Origin: an uncultured Azospirillum sp. | GTDB lineage: Bacteria; Pseudomonadota; Alphaproteobacteria; Azospirillales; Azospirillaceae | Assembly: GCA_966212305.1 (NCBI GenBank) | Contig: CBIHQY010000030.1 | Coordinates: forward strand, 9,018 to 73,017 | Reading direction: 5' to 3' | Length of the DNA stretch: 64,000 bases | Shown here: piece by piece, positions 46,902 to 55,159 of the stretch | How the letters are laid out: every line of letters begins with the position of its first letter | Position numbering within the stretch: position 1 is the stretch's first letter | Notes under the pieces: generated by a model | The model's database searches: none | What the model saw: only the letters and a program-made list of their open reading frames with translations | Told to the model about the DNA's origin: nothing | Made by a program: the position numbers and the translations under genes

Positions 46902-47984
46902 TCACGCGGGATTTTGCCTCTTTTCGGTCAGAGATTTTATCATGCTTTGCGTAAAATCATCGCGGAAAGCAAATCTATACTCAGAATCGGTCAACTGTAT
47001 CACGATTGGCTGATCTCCTGACCCGAAATAATTCACTCTTACATGTTGGGTGCCCGCCCGCGGGCCAGAGCGAAATAAGAAGAAATTTACAAGCCAGCGG
47101 TATTCGGTGCCCGGAACAGATACTTTATTATCGTCAAATCTATCGAAAACAGGGTCAATTACGTAGAGCCTATCATTGGAGTTTTCTGTGCTCCAATCAC
47201 ACACCAAGTTGACTAAGCGGTCTTTTTGGTATGTAGATTTAACAAAGCATGGTAGAAGATTGCATGAAAGGTCGCCTGTCTCTTCTTCGCTAACCTCCCA
47301 AAAAAGCTGCATCACATCAGAGAGCTTTTCGAAGGCCCCTCTGCGAACGTAGGCCATTTCAAAGGTGCCTCCCCAGGCATCTAATATCCCCGCTCCTGTG
47401 GCTAGTTGGTTGCCGAATGCGTGGGAGATGAATAAAAGCCCTTTCCCAATTGCAGCTTCCAAGGCGTTGGCGTTTCCACTAAGATGTCCGCTCGATATCA
47501 TCTCGATTGCCTGAACGAATGCGGGAGTTCCACTTCCGGCAACCTGAATATCAGTAAGCGCATCCAGATCAAACATAGGGGCATTTCTGTCTCTTCTCCA
47601 GAACCCCTTTCCATCATAGAAATACGATATAAGGCATAGGTCCCCAAGATCCTCTGCTGGGTAGCTGTCTAGAATTAAGTTGTATTCATCCGCCGTTATG
47701 GTTGCTCTGCTTGCGTGCTCGCGCAGGTAATTCATGAAAGACTTTGCGTAAATATAGCTTCCTGACCACGCAACACATAATTTCTCAGATATCAGGTTGA
47801 CCTTCTGGCGGGAGCCGCAGACCGTCAAAGCTTTGTTGCCTACAATGGCTTGATTCACCATGTGAATTGTTGGAATTGATACCTCTACGCCTTCTTCGTA
47901 AGTCTCCTTTGAAATAAGGGCATCTCCCAAGATTATAGGGCATCCACCAAAAACAAATGCGGCAATCAGCGTCATAATCGGCAC
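46902..47984 (-). CDS. HslV/proteasome beta-like Ntn-hydrolase candidate with a C-terminal extension
   Basis: The second Met (47975) is followed by Thr. Counting from that Thr: ILGD with Asp at position 17, RQKVNLISEKLCVAWSGS (compare HslV KKVRRLYNDKVIAGFAGG), IQVAGSGTPAF (compare IAIGSGG). About half of the protein (C-terminal) has no recognisable motif. Visibly AT-rich gene. Confidence 0.65.
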   Translation of the reverse strand: MPIMTLIAAFVFGGCPIILGDALISKETYEEGVEVSIPTIHMVNQAIVGNKALTVCGSRQKVNLISEKLCVAWSGSYIYAKSFMNYLREHASRATITADEYNLILDSYPAEDLGDLCLISYFYDGKGFWRRDRNAPMFDLDALTDIQVAGSGTPAFVQAIEMISSGHLSGNANALEAAIGKGLLFISHAFGNQLATGAGILDAWGGTFEMAYVRRGAFEKLSDVMQLFWEVSEEETGDLSCNLLPCFVKSTYQKDRLVNLVCDWSTENSNDRLYVIDPVFDRFDDNKVSVPGTEYRWLVNFFLFRSGPRAGTQHVRVNYFGSGDQPIVIQLTDSEYRFAFRDDFTQSMIKSLTEKRQNPA

Positions 47985-48081
47985 CTCTCACAGTGATATG
48001 TATTATGTTGCAGGAGTAGAGATTGCTCAATAGGGACTAAGCTTCATAAGCTTGAGGCAAACTCAGATGGTGAGAAATACC

Positions 48082-48518
48082 TCACAGCCTGTTCGGCTTG
48101 AATTCCCGGCCGAGGAAGAGGGACTCGCTGTCAACCCACTGTCCGAAATGGTCGCTCCACTCGAGCTGCGGGACTCGTTCGCCTACCTCCGTGAAGGCGC
48201 CCTCGATAGCGAGGCGATCCCGCAGCCGCTGGGCGGAAACGCTGTCCGGCCTCAGTTGGATTTCCATACTCCACTCCGCCTGCCACTTATCCTCGTGGTC
48301 CTCGACCAGTTCAAACCTATAGGCCAGCACGTCCTCCTGGATCGGGACGAGGCGCGCAAATGCGCTCAGCACGTCCGTGTAGGTTCCCCTCGCGTCGAAA
48401 TCGGGCCGGAACTCGTGCCCCGCAGCTTCGAAGGCGGTCGCCTCCGTCGGTCGGGAAACGGATGGAACTGGTCCAGCGAAGTTTCGGGCTGCTTGGTCGC
48501 GGTCTTCCTGGGCGGCAT
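48082..48518 (-). CDS. Hypothetical protein, apparently frameshifted
   Basis: The ATG at 48518 gives MPPRKTATKQPETSLDQFHPFPD with high GC3. The coding signal then moves to the frame ..TEATAFEAAGHEFRPDFDARGTYTDVLSAFARLVPIQEDVL.. near 48441-48460. Confidence 0.4.
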
Positions 48519-48660
48519 CTCGATGGCCTCGGCAATTTCCGCGCATCTTAGGCGGAGCTTGCCGGCGACGCATCGGTGACGTTTGGTCGCGGTCGGGGTG
48601 GAGGAATTGCGTTCGGATGCGACGCGGTCTGCGCACCTGACGGGGCGAGCCGCCATCGGC

Positions 48661-49065
48661 CTACAGCGCCTTGTTCGCTTCGATCAGCATCCGTCCCCAG
48701 GACCGCCAATTGGGCAGCAGGTCCATGATGGTGAGGATGGAGAGTCCCGAGGCGGCAGGCGCTTTCCCTCCTGTCCGGCGGCGCCATGCCTGATATCGAC
48801 CCATCTGTCGCTTCCTGACGCGCTCAACCTCGTCGGACCAAGCGTCCTCCCCGGCGACCGCGACCGCCCGGAGATACGCGGTCAACTCGGGGTCCATTTC
48901 GATGACGTCGCGCACGGCCCGGCTGCACCAGCCCGGCGCCTTGCCGTGGTGTTCGTGCAAAAGGGAGCGGACGGCCCTCGCGAGTTCGCGCTCGCGCTGC
49001 TCTTCCCGCCAGTCGGCGAAGGCGCGCTGGATCGGCGTTATCTCCTCGGACATGGGGCACCTCAC
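48661..49065 (-). CDS. Hypothetical protein
   Basis: 134 aa. The start overlaps the ArdC stop by 4 nt, indicating an operon. Confidence 0.55.
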   Translation of the reverse strand: MRCPMSEEITPIQRAFADWREEQRERELARAVRSLLHEHHGKAPGWCSRAVRDVIEMDPELTAYLRAVAVAGEDAWSDEVERVRKRQMGRYQAWRRRTGGKAPAASGLSILTIMDLLPNWRSWGRMLIEANKAL

Positions 49066-50165
49066 AGCCGGGGTCCGGCGTAGACCGGCTCGTCGGCAGT
49101 GCCGGGCGCCGGGGCAGCGGGATGGTCGCCGAACAGACGGCGGCGAAGGTGCTCGGGGATCGCTTCGGCGATCTGGCGCGGTCCGTCAGGGCAAGGCGTC
49201 GGCGGTGAACGCGGCGGCGGCTCGGCGGCCGGCGTGGCGGTGGCCTCCCTCGCCGAGCCGACGCCGACGGCCGCCCGGTAGTCCGGGTGCAGGTCGAGGC
49301 ACCAGTCGGCGATGCGCTGCGCATCGGCGGCGGCGCGGAACACCTCGCGCTTGTCCTGCCGCAGCACGGACAACCAGGAGTCCACGTAGCTGTTGTGGTT
49401 CTCCAGGTCGGCCGGGATGCCGACCTCGCCGCAGACGAAAACGCTCGCCAGTTCAGCGCGCAACTCCTCCATAGCGTAGGCGCGGCTGCCGAAGCGGCCC
49501 GTCAGGTCGCGGTCCAGGCGGCTCGGGTGCCCCGTTGCATGGGCGAGTTCGTGCAGGGCCGTTGCCGCCCATCCCTCGCGGCTGGCGAAGGCGGCGTCGG
49601 GCGGTAGCTGGATGTGATCGGTGCCGGGAGAATAGAATGCGCGGTCGCCGCCCGTTCGGATCGCAACGCCGCTGTTGCGCAGGATGAGGTCGGCCGCGTC
49701 GGGACGGCGGCACGGCGCCTCCTCGGGCGTGGGCGGGACGAAGGTGGGGATGTTGTCGATCTGGCTGGCGTGGAACACGGGAAACGAGCGCAGGACCGGG
49801 ATCGTCTTCGTGGCCTCGTCGGCATCGGTGTCAGCGTCGGAGTCGGCCACCTCCACCCGCTTGAAGAAGTAGACCGTGCTGGCCTTCTCCCCGCGCCTGA
49901 CCTGCCAGCCCTTCTCCTGCGCCTGCTTGTACGAGCACCAGCGCGGATCGTCCGTTTCCCAGGCCCGCGGGTGGCAACCCAGCAGCAGCACGTTGATACC
50001 GCGGTAGCGGTGGCTGCTGACGGCGTTCACCGGGCCGGACGGCGCCGCCACGTCCGAGTTCCACGGCTTGCGCCACGGCGCGGTGCCGGTCTCCAAGGCG
50101 GCCATGATCCGATCCGTGACGTCCTGCCAGTGGTCGCGGCGTGCGACGTTATTGTCCCTCGGCAT
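49062..50165 (-). CDS. ardC: ArdC-like antirestriction / ssDNA-binding protein with zincin metalloprotease domain
   Basis: N-terminus: DVTDRIMAALETGTAPWRKPW...RGINVLLL (DUF1738-type). C-terminus: HELAHATGH (HExxH). Confidence 0.85.
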   Translation of the reverse strand: MPRDNNVARRDHWQDVTDRIMAALETGTAPWRKPWNSDVAAPSGPVNAVSSHRYRGINVLLLGCHPRAWETDDPRWCSYKQAQEKGWQVRRGEKASTVYFFKRVEVADSDADTDADEATKTIPVLRSFPVFHASQIDNIPTFVPPTPEEAPCRRPDAADLILRNSGVAIRTGGDRAFYSPGTDHIQLPPDAAFASREGWAATALHELAHATGHPSRLDRDLTGRFGSRAYAMEELRAELASVFVCGEVGIPADLENHNSYVDSWLSVLRQDKREVFRAAADAQRIADWCLDLHPDYRAAVGVGSAREATATPAAEPPPRSPPTPCPDGPRQIAEAIPEHLRRRLFGDHPAAPAPGTADEPVYAGPRL

Positions 50166-50319
50166 GCTGGCGCCTCCTCATCTCGGCGATCTCCTCCCAG
50201 GACGGCCCGGCGCCCGGCGGCGCCTCCTCCAGGCCGAACTCCTCGATGTCGGCGGCCGTCAGGCGGTGGTCGGGGGCGACGCTCTCAAGGACGCGGTGCG
50301 GGGGCAGGACAGGCTTCAT
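50149..50319 (-). CDS. Possible 56-aa ORF between the relaxase and ardC
   Basis: Hand translation: MKPVLPPHRVLESVAPDHRLTAADIEEFGLEEAPPGAGPSWEEIAEMRRRQHAEGQ*. Third-position G+C is high. It overlaps both neighbours and is below the ORF-track cutoff. Confidence 0.3.
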   Translation of the reverse strand: MKPVLPPHRVLESVAPDHRLTAADIEEFGLEEAPPGAGPSWEEIAEMRRRQHAEGQ

Positions 50320-51607
50320 TGGCTGTCTCCTTCGGGGTGATCGGCGCGTGGGCGTCGGTCGGCTCGGGCAGGCCGAGCTTGCGCTTCAAATGCTCGGGCA
50401 TCGGTCCGGACGCGAGCGGCTTCCCGGCGAGATGGTCCTCGCATTCCAGGCTGATGGCCGCGGGTGGGTAGCCTTGGCGGAGAGCCTCCTGGCGCGCTCT
50501 TTTTTGGAAGGACTTGCTATTGCCGTAGAAGCGGATTGTTTCCCATCCGCGCGTTTTGCCTGCGGCCACCAAGGCGGCGATTTGCTCATCCGTCGGTTCC
50601 TCGGCGCCGTTGAGTTCGATCTTGTCGCCGAAGTCACGGTAGGTCGTGCCGAGGTGGCTGATCCAGAGGCCGTCCCACTGGCGGATGACGATGCCGCCGC
50701 GCTCGCGCCAGTACGCCTCCAGGTCGTCCCAGACCACGATCTTGGGCTTGCTGCCTGCCGTGGCGCCGAAAGGTTTCTTGGTGGTGTCCATCTTCTTTCC
50801 CTTCTTCGGTTTGGCCTCGTCCAGCGTGGGAAGGCCGGTCTCGTCGATGTCCGATAGCTTCGCGCGGACGGCTGCGGCTTTGAGGCCGAGGCGGCGGGCG
50901 ACCGAGTGCGGCGTCCCCGCTTCGTCCACGATCAGGAGTCCTCGCCGCCCCGTCGCAAGGGACAAGCCGCGCCTTTCGAGGGCGGCGGCGAACTCCTTGC
51001 CGTTGGCCGCCTCCGCCCACGCGCCCTGGATGCGAATGGCGACGTCCGCGACGGCGATGCCGGTGCGCTCGGCAGCCTGCCAATCGCTGTGCGTGGCCGC
51101 CGCGACCGGCAGGGGTGTGTCCGGCGGGCGCGTGTGCGCGCCGATCACCGGGCGCAGGCCGAGGCGTTCTTCGAGCGCGCGGGCGCACTCTTCATGTCGT
51201 CGGTAGTTATTGGAATCGCTGACGCATTTCAGCGTGACGGGGGCACAGCGACTCCAGACCACATGGACGTGCTCGCGCTGCCGCTTGGTGTGGATGACAA
51301 CGGCGCGCGGGTGGCCGGTCAGGCCGAGGTGGCGTTCGAGTTCGTCCACCGCTTCCATCCAATGGGCGCGCCCCATGGCCGTGACCTCGTCACGCCCGAC
51401 GTTGATGCTCGCGTGGTAGACGGATCGGCGCGCCCGGCCTCCGAGGCTAACCGCTCGCATCTCCGCCAGCGCACCGTGCAGGTCCGCGGCGACGGTGCCG
51501 CGGATTTCGGCGACCTGCACCGTCTCGTTCTCGGCCGCGAGCAGGTGGTCGGCGAGGCGTCGGATATCAGTCGCGGAGCCGCCACGGGCACTACCCTTGA
51601 TCACCAT
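50285..51607 (-). CDS. Relaxase / mobilization nuclease (MobA/VirD2 family) with C-terminal LPD7-like domain
   Basis: MVIKGSARGGSATDIRRLADHLL..., VYHASINV, HTKRQREHVHVVWSR (HxH metal motif). The C-terminus ..EQIAALVAAGKTRGWETIRFYGNSKSFQKRARQEALRQGYP is a polyvalent-protein-type domain. Confidence 0.85.
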   Translation of the reverse strand: MVIKGSARGGSATDIRRLADHLLAAENETVQVAEIRGTVAADLHGALAEMRAVSLGGRARRSVYHASINVGRDEVTAMGRAHWMEAVDELERHLGLTGHPRAVVIHTKRQREHVHVVWSRCAPVTLKCVSDSNNYRRHEECARALEERLGLRPVIGAHTRPPDTPLPVAAATHSDWQAAERTGIAVADVAIRIQGAWAEAANGKEFAAALERRGLSLATGRRGLLIVDEAGTPHSVARRLGLKAAAVRAKLSDIDETGLPTLDEAKPKKGKKMDTTKKPFGATAGSKPKIVVWDDLEAYWRERGGIVIRQWDGLWISHLGTTYRDFGDKIELNGAEEPTDEQIAALVAAGKTRGWETIRFYGNSKSFQKRARQEALRQGYPPAAISLECEDHLAGKPLASGPMPEHLKRKLGLPEPTDAHAPITPKETANEACPAPAPRP

Positions 51608-52007
51608 CGTCGTCTCCACGGCCTTCGAGCGCGGCGCGCACCTGCCGGGCAACGGCGGTCACCTCGTCCAGGACTGCCCGGAAGCGCTCATCTTCGGGAA
51701 GCCGCCCGAGGGAGTTCGCGCACCGCGCCAGTTGATTGACGTTGCTGCCAATTTTACCAAGCTGGCCGAGCACGGCCGCGAGCGCGCGGACGTCCGCTTT
51801 GGGCAGGCGGCGGGCCGGGTTGCGGCGGGGCGGTGGTGGCGACGGCACCTTGATGCGGGCGGCGTGCAACGCGGCCGCCCGGCACCAGTCGTGACGAGTG
51901 CGTGACGGGGTCATCTTGGCCGCCGCCGCATCGACGTGCGCGGCTTCGATGGCCGTCAGCCGGAAGCTCACGACCTCCCGGCGAGGGTCACGCGCGATCG
52001 GCGACAT
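51591..52007 (-). CDS. mobC: MobC-type relaxosome accessory protein
   Basis: From the ATG at 52007: ..REVVSFRLTAIEAAHVDAAA... and LAAVLGQLGKIGSNVNQLARCANS, the typical MobC motif. It overlaps the relaxase start. Confidence 0.75.
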   Translation of the reverse strand: MSPIARDPRREVVSFRLTAIEAAHVDAAAAKMTPSRTRHDWCRAAALHAARIKVPSPPPPRRNPARRLPKADVRALAAVLGQLGKIGSNVNQLARCANSLGRLPEDERFRAVLDEVTAVARQVRAALEGRGDDDGDQG

Positions 52008-52341
52008 CGTCGATTTCCCGCTGCTCCACCCACACAAGGGCGGGCAGCCATGGATCCCGGCGCTCGATAGCGTCGGCGAGGCAACGCAGGTACTCGGCCA
52101 CGGCCGCGTCGGAGAACCCGGCCACGTTATGGGCGAACATGGCACCGTGGAGCACGTGCGCCACGGCGATGGCAGCCGGGTCTATGGGCAGGCCGTCGGC
52201 CTCGGCGGCGGCGAGTTCGCCGTCGAGGGTGGCGAGGAGCCAGCGGCTCCAGAGGCGGGTGTTGTCGTTGCTCATGCGGAGGGTTCCTTCGGGGTCCACG
52301 GGGGCGGCAGCCCCCTGGCAAGCGTCGTCGGTAGACGACAT
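51988..52341 (-). CDS. Hypothetical protein, first gene of the mob operon
   Basis: 117-aa ORF. The likely start is the internal MSNDNTRLW. It overlaps the mobC start. Confidence 0.45.
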   Translation of the reverse strand: MSSTDDACQGAAAPVDPEGTLRMSNDNTRLWSRWLLATLDGELAAAEADGLPIDPAAIAVAHVLHGAMFAHNVAGFSDAAVAEYLRCLADAIERRDPWLPALVWVEQREIDDVADRA

Positions 52342-52743
52342 GGCTTGCTTATGAAGGTTTCTTCTGTTTACGGATGTAGACGCTGCTCACCCTCTCCGGA
52401 GCTCCTTGCTGTAGACGCGCGTATACCGGTTTGAAACTTTCGGCTCAGTGCCTTGATTTCGTTGCGTATACGGGCTGCATACGGCGGCGGAAGGGCTGTT
52501 TACAGCGTTGGGGTGCTCAAAGGGCGCTAGTAACGCTTGTGTTCAGAATGGAAACGCAGATGGGCAACTTGAGGTGAAGCGTCTGCACTTTTATCCGGGT
52601 CTTCGGCGTCAGGCGTCATTCGACCGACGTTTCGGCAAAGTAAACGGATGCTGGGCTTCTGCGCCGGGATAGGAGACGGGTATGGACGAGCCGTGAAGTC
52701 CGGGATAGCTCGGGGATCAGGTCAACTGTATGGAAGACGTGTG
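52342..52743. promoter_or_regulatory. Divergent intergenic region, candidate oriT plus promoters
   Basis: Visibly AT-richer 400 bp between the mob operon and the mucR-like gene. Two copies of GCGTATAC(C/G)GG at 52418-52429 and 52463-52474. The nic site is not identified. Confidence 0.3.
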
Positions 52744-53148
52744 ATGGAACACCTCGGTCCCAAGACTGAATTGACGGCGCAGATTGTCGGAGCCTATGTC
52801 GGCCACAACCCAGTGTCGGCGGCGGACCTACCCGGCCTGATTTCCGCCGTGCACGGTGCGCTGGCGAGCTTGGGCAAGCTGCAAGTCGCTGAAGTGGCGG
52901 AGCGGCCTGTCCCGGCGGTGCCAATCAAGCGGTCGGTCACTCCCGACCACCTGATCTGCCTAGAAGACGGTAAGAAGCTGAAGATGCTGAAGCGCCACTT
53001 GGCGACCGCCTACGACATGACGGCGGAGCAGTACCGGGCCAAGTGGGGGCTGCCTGTGGACTACCCGATGGTCGCCCCGGCCTACGCCGCCAAGCGTTCG
53101 GCGGTGGCAAAGGCCAGCGGCCTGGGGCGGAAGAAGGCCGACGGCTGA
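52744..53148 (+). CDS. MucR/Ros-family transcriptional regulator
   Basis: TELTAQIVGAYVGHNPVSAADLPGLISAVHGAL and HLICLEDGKKLKMLKRHLATAYDMTAEQYRAKWGLPVDYPMVAPAYAAKRS align along the whole Ros/MucR sequence. Confidence 0.9.
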   Translation: MEHLGPKTELTAQIVGAYVGHNPVSAADLPGLISAVHGALASLGKLQVAEVAERPVPAVPIKRSVTPDHLICLEDGKKLKMLKRHLATAYDMTAEQYRAKWGLPVDYPMVAPAYAAKRSAVAKASGLGRKKADG

Positions 53149-53259
53149 CCAGTGGGTGATGACAGCCAACGGGGGGCGCCACGCTGGCACCCCCCCGCTT
53201 ATCTACCGAGAACGATTAACCAGCCCAACGTGGCCGATGGCCATCCGGAAGGACCTGAG

Positions 53260-53496
53260 TCAGCCTGCCTGAAGGCCGGTGTTCGCTGTCCGTGAGCGGC
53301 GCTCGGCATCACCCTGCTTCCAGCCCTCCATGTACGCGTCGCCGCTGCCTCCGTCGCGGCGCCAGAGATCCTCACTCCAGGCGCCCGCGCGGCCATCGAC
53401 GTAGCCCTGGCGCCGCTCCCCGGTGAAGGGACTTTCGTTGTCGGGCATGGCGGTGTTCACGAAGGTGGCGGTCTCGGTCGTGGTGGTCGGTCCCAT
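53260..53496 (-). CDS. Hypothetical small protein
   Basis: 78 aa from the ATG at 53496 (MGPTTTTETATFVNTAMPDNESPFTGERRQGYVDG...). Confidence 0.4.
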   Translation of the reverse strand: MGPTTTTETATFVNTAMPDNESPFTGERRQGYVDGRAGAWSEDLWRRDGGSGDAYMEGWKQGDAERRSRTANTGLQAG

Positions 53497-53561
53497 GTGT
53501 GTCTCCAGGTGGTCGGTTGGAATGAAGGGGCCGCGGGATGTCCGCGGCCCCGCGTTGAGGA

Positions 53562-54116
53562 TCAGTCGCGGTTCTGCGTGGCGGCCTTGCCCTGGGGCAC
53601 ACGGCCTCCCATGAAGCGGAAGGTGTACGGGGTGGCCGGGTCGCCAGTCGGCAGGATCACGTAGGTGCAGAAGTCTGCCGCCCCGCCGGTAATCATGAAC
53701 GCCTGCGGTCCGCGCATGGCCAGCCACACCGCCATGCAGGCGACGATATGGCCGCCGTCGGGCCGGAGGTGCGCGTCGGCCATGAAGATGTCGACGATCT
53801 TGTCGCAGGCGTAGGCGCGGCGCCGCGCCTCATCGCGGATGTCGATCATCGCCAGATCCACTGCCGCAGCCATGTCCCGCATCTCGGAGACGCTCATGTT
53901 AAAGTTCAGGCTGGCGTCGAAATACTCGACGGACCAGCAGATCTTGCCCGGCTCATAGGGCAGCGGCGTGCTGTCGTCGTCCGGCACGACGCTGCCATTG
54001 CGCGCCGCACGGAGGAAGTGCTGACGGGTGTTGTCGTTGGCCGCACGGTCGGCACGCGCACGGCGCATGGCGCGGGTGTCCATGGACAGGGCGGAGGAGC
54101 GGTTCTTCTTGCTCAT
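53562..54116 (-). CDS. Hypothetical protein, paralogue of 54224-54724
   Basis: 184 aa from MSKKNRSS. Shares RxARAxRAANDNxR, an M(S/N)Vxx MRxxAAxxD block and CTY(V/L)I with the upstream gene. Confidence 0.5.
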   Translation of the reverse strand: MSKKNRSSALSMDTRAMRRARADRAANDNTRQHFLRAARNGSVVPDDDSTPLPYEPGKICWSVEYFDASLNFNMSVSEMRDMAAAVDLAMIDIRDEARRRAYACDKIVDIFMADAHLRPDGGHIVACMAVWLAMRGPQAFMITGGAADFCTYVILPTGDPATPYTFRFMGGRVPQGKAATQNRD

Positions 54117-54223
54117 GGCGGTATCCTTGTCGGGTATGGGAGCAGCAGGCTTGAAAGAGATCCCGGTACGGCAGTCCGGGCGAAGAGAGGGAGGGGCGAC
54201 GGGGCGCCGCCCCTCCCGGGAGA

Positions 54224-54724
54224 TCAGCCCACGTGGCGGCCGCTGTCCTCGGCGGCGTCCGTGCGCGGCATCGCAAAGGCGGCCAGGGCAACCTGGGCGT
54301 TCTCGCCTTCGCCGACCTCGTCGATCAGGTACGTGCAACCCGCGAGTTCACCCGAGTCCAGGCTCGGCTCAAGGGGTACGTGCACGCCCAGCCAAGCCGC
54401 CACACGGAAGCAGAAGCTGATCGTTTCCACCGAGTTCGGGCCATGGATGCGGAGCGCATGCAGGACACCGGCGCAGGCCAGCGACATGACCTCGTCGTTC
54501 GTCCGCGTGCCGCGAACCTCCGCATCGAGCGACGCGGCAGCCTGCCGCATCCGGCCGACGTTCATTGTGTAGGGGGCGGTGAACCCGCCGCTCTTGATGA
54601 TGACCGTCACCGTGATGTCATCACGACGGATGTTGTCGTTCGCAGCACGGGCATTGCGGGCGGTTGCGCGGCGGGCAGCGCGGTTGGGCTTCGGGAAGAG
54701 GGCGCGCATGAAGGGGGTCGGCAT
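54224..54724 (-). CDS. Hypothetical protein, paralogue of 53562-54116
   Basis: 166-aa ORF. See the shared blocks listed for its paralogue. Confidence 0.5.
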   Translation of the reverse strand: MPTPFMRALFPKPNRAARRATARNARAANDNIRRDDITVTVIIKSGGFTAPYTMNVGRMRQAAASLDAEVRGTRTNDEVMSLACAGVLHALRIHGPNSVETISFCFRVAAWLGVHVPLEPSLDSGELAGCTYLIDEVGEGENAQVALAAFAMPRTDAAEDSGRHVG

Positions 54725-54750
54725 CGGTGGTCTCCGGTTCGTGTGGGGGA

Positions 54751-55023
54751 TTAGCGGGTGCGGCCGGTGCGGACGACCGGGGTCGTTTCGTTACTCGTCA
54801 GCCAGTCGCGGACGGCCTCGACGCGGTAACGGATCAGGTGACCGACCTTGCAGCGGACCGGGCCGCGGCGGGTCTGGTGCCAGCGCTGAAGGGTGCGCGG
54901 CGAGACGCCCAGCAGATCGGCCAGGGTCCGGGGCGAGATGAATTCGGGGAGCGGGTGGTCGAGGAGGGCGTTGCGATTCGGGGTTATCCGACCCTCGCCC
55001 TCGGTTTGGCGGCTCTTCGCCAT
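54751..55023 (-). CDS. AlpA/excisionase-type HTH DNA-binding protein
   Basis: 90 aa from the ATG at 55023: FISPRTLADLLGVSPRTLQRWHQTRRGPVRCKVGHLIRYRVEAVRDWL, the typical MerR/AlpA-like HTH_17 pattern. Confidence 0.75.
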   Translation of the reverse strand: MAKSRQTEGEGRITPNRNALLDHPLPEFISPRTLADLLGVSPRTLQRWHQTRRGPVRCKVGHLIRYRVEAVRDWLTSNETTPVVRTGRTR

Positions 55024-55159
55024 GGGTGTCGTCTCCTGAGCGGTTCCGGCGCGGAATGGCGCTTGCAGACACCCTAAGCAGCGAAAAGGGGTGACCGGCA
55101 GGCGCCGCGTCACCCCTCTTTCACCTTGACAGCTGACGAGTTTCCTGGACGTTCGGCCG

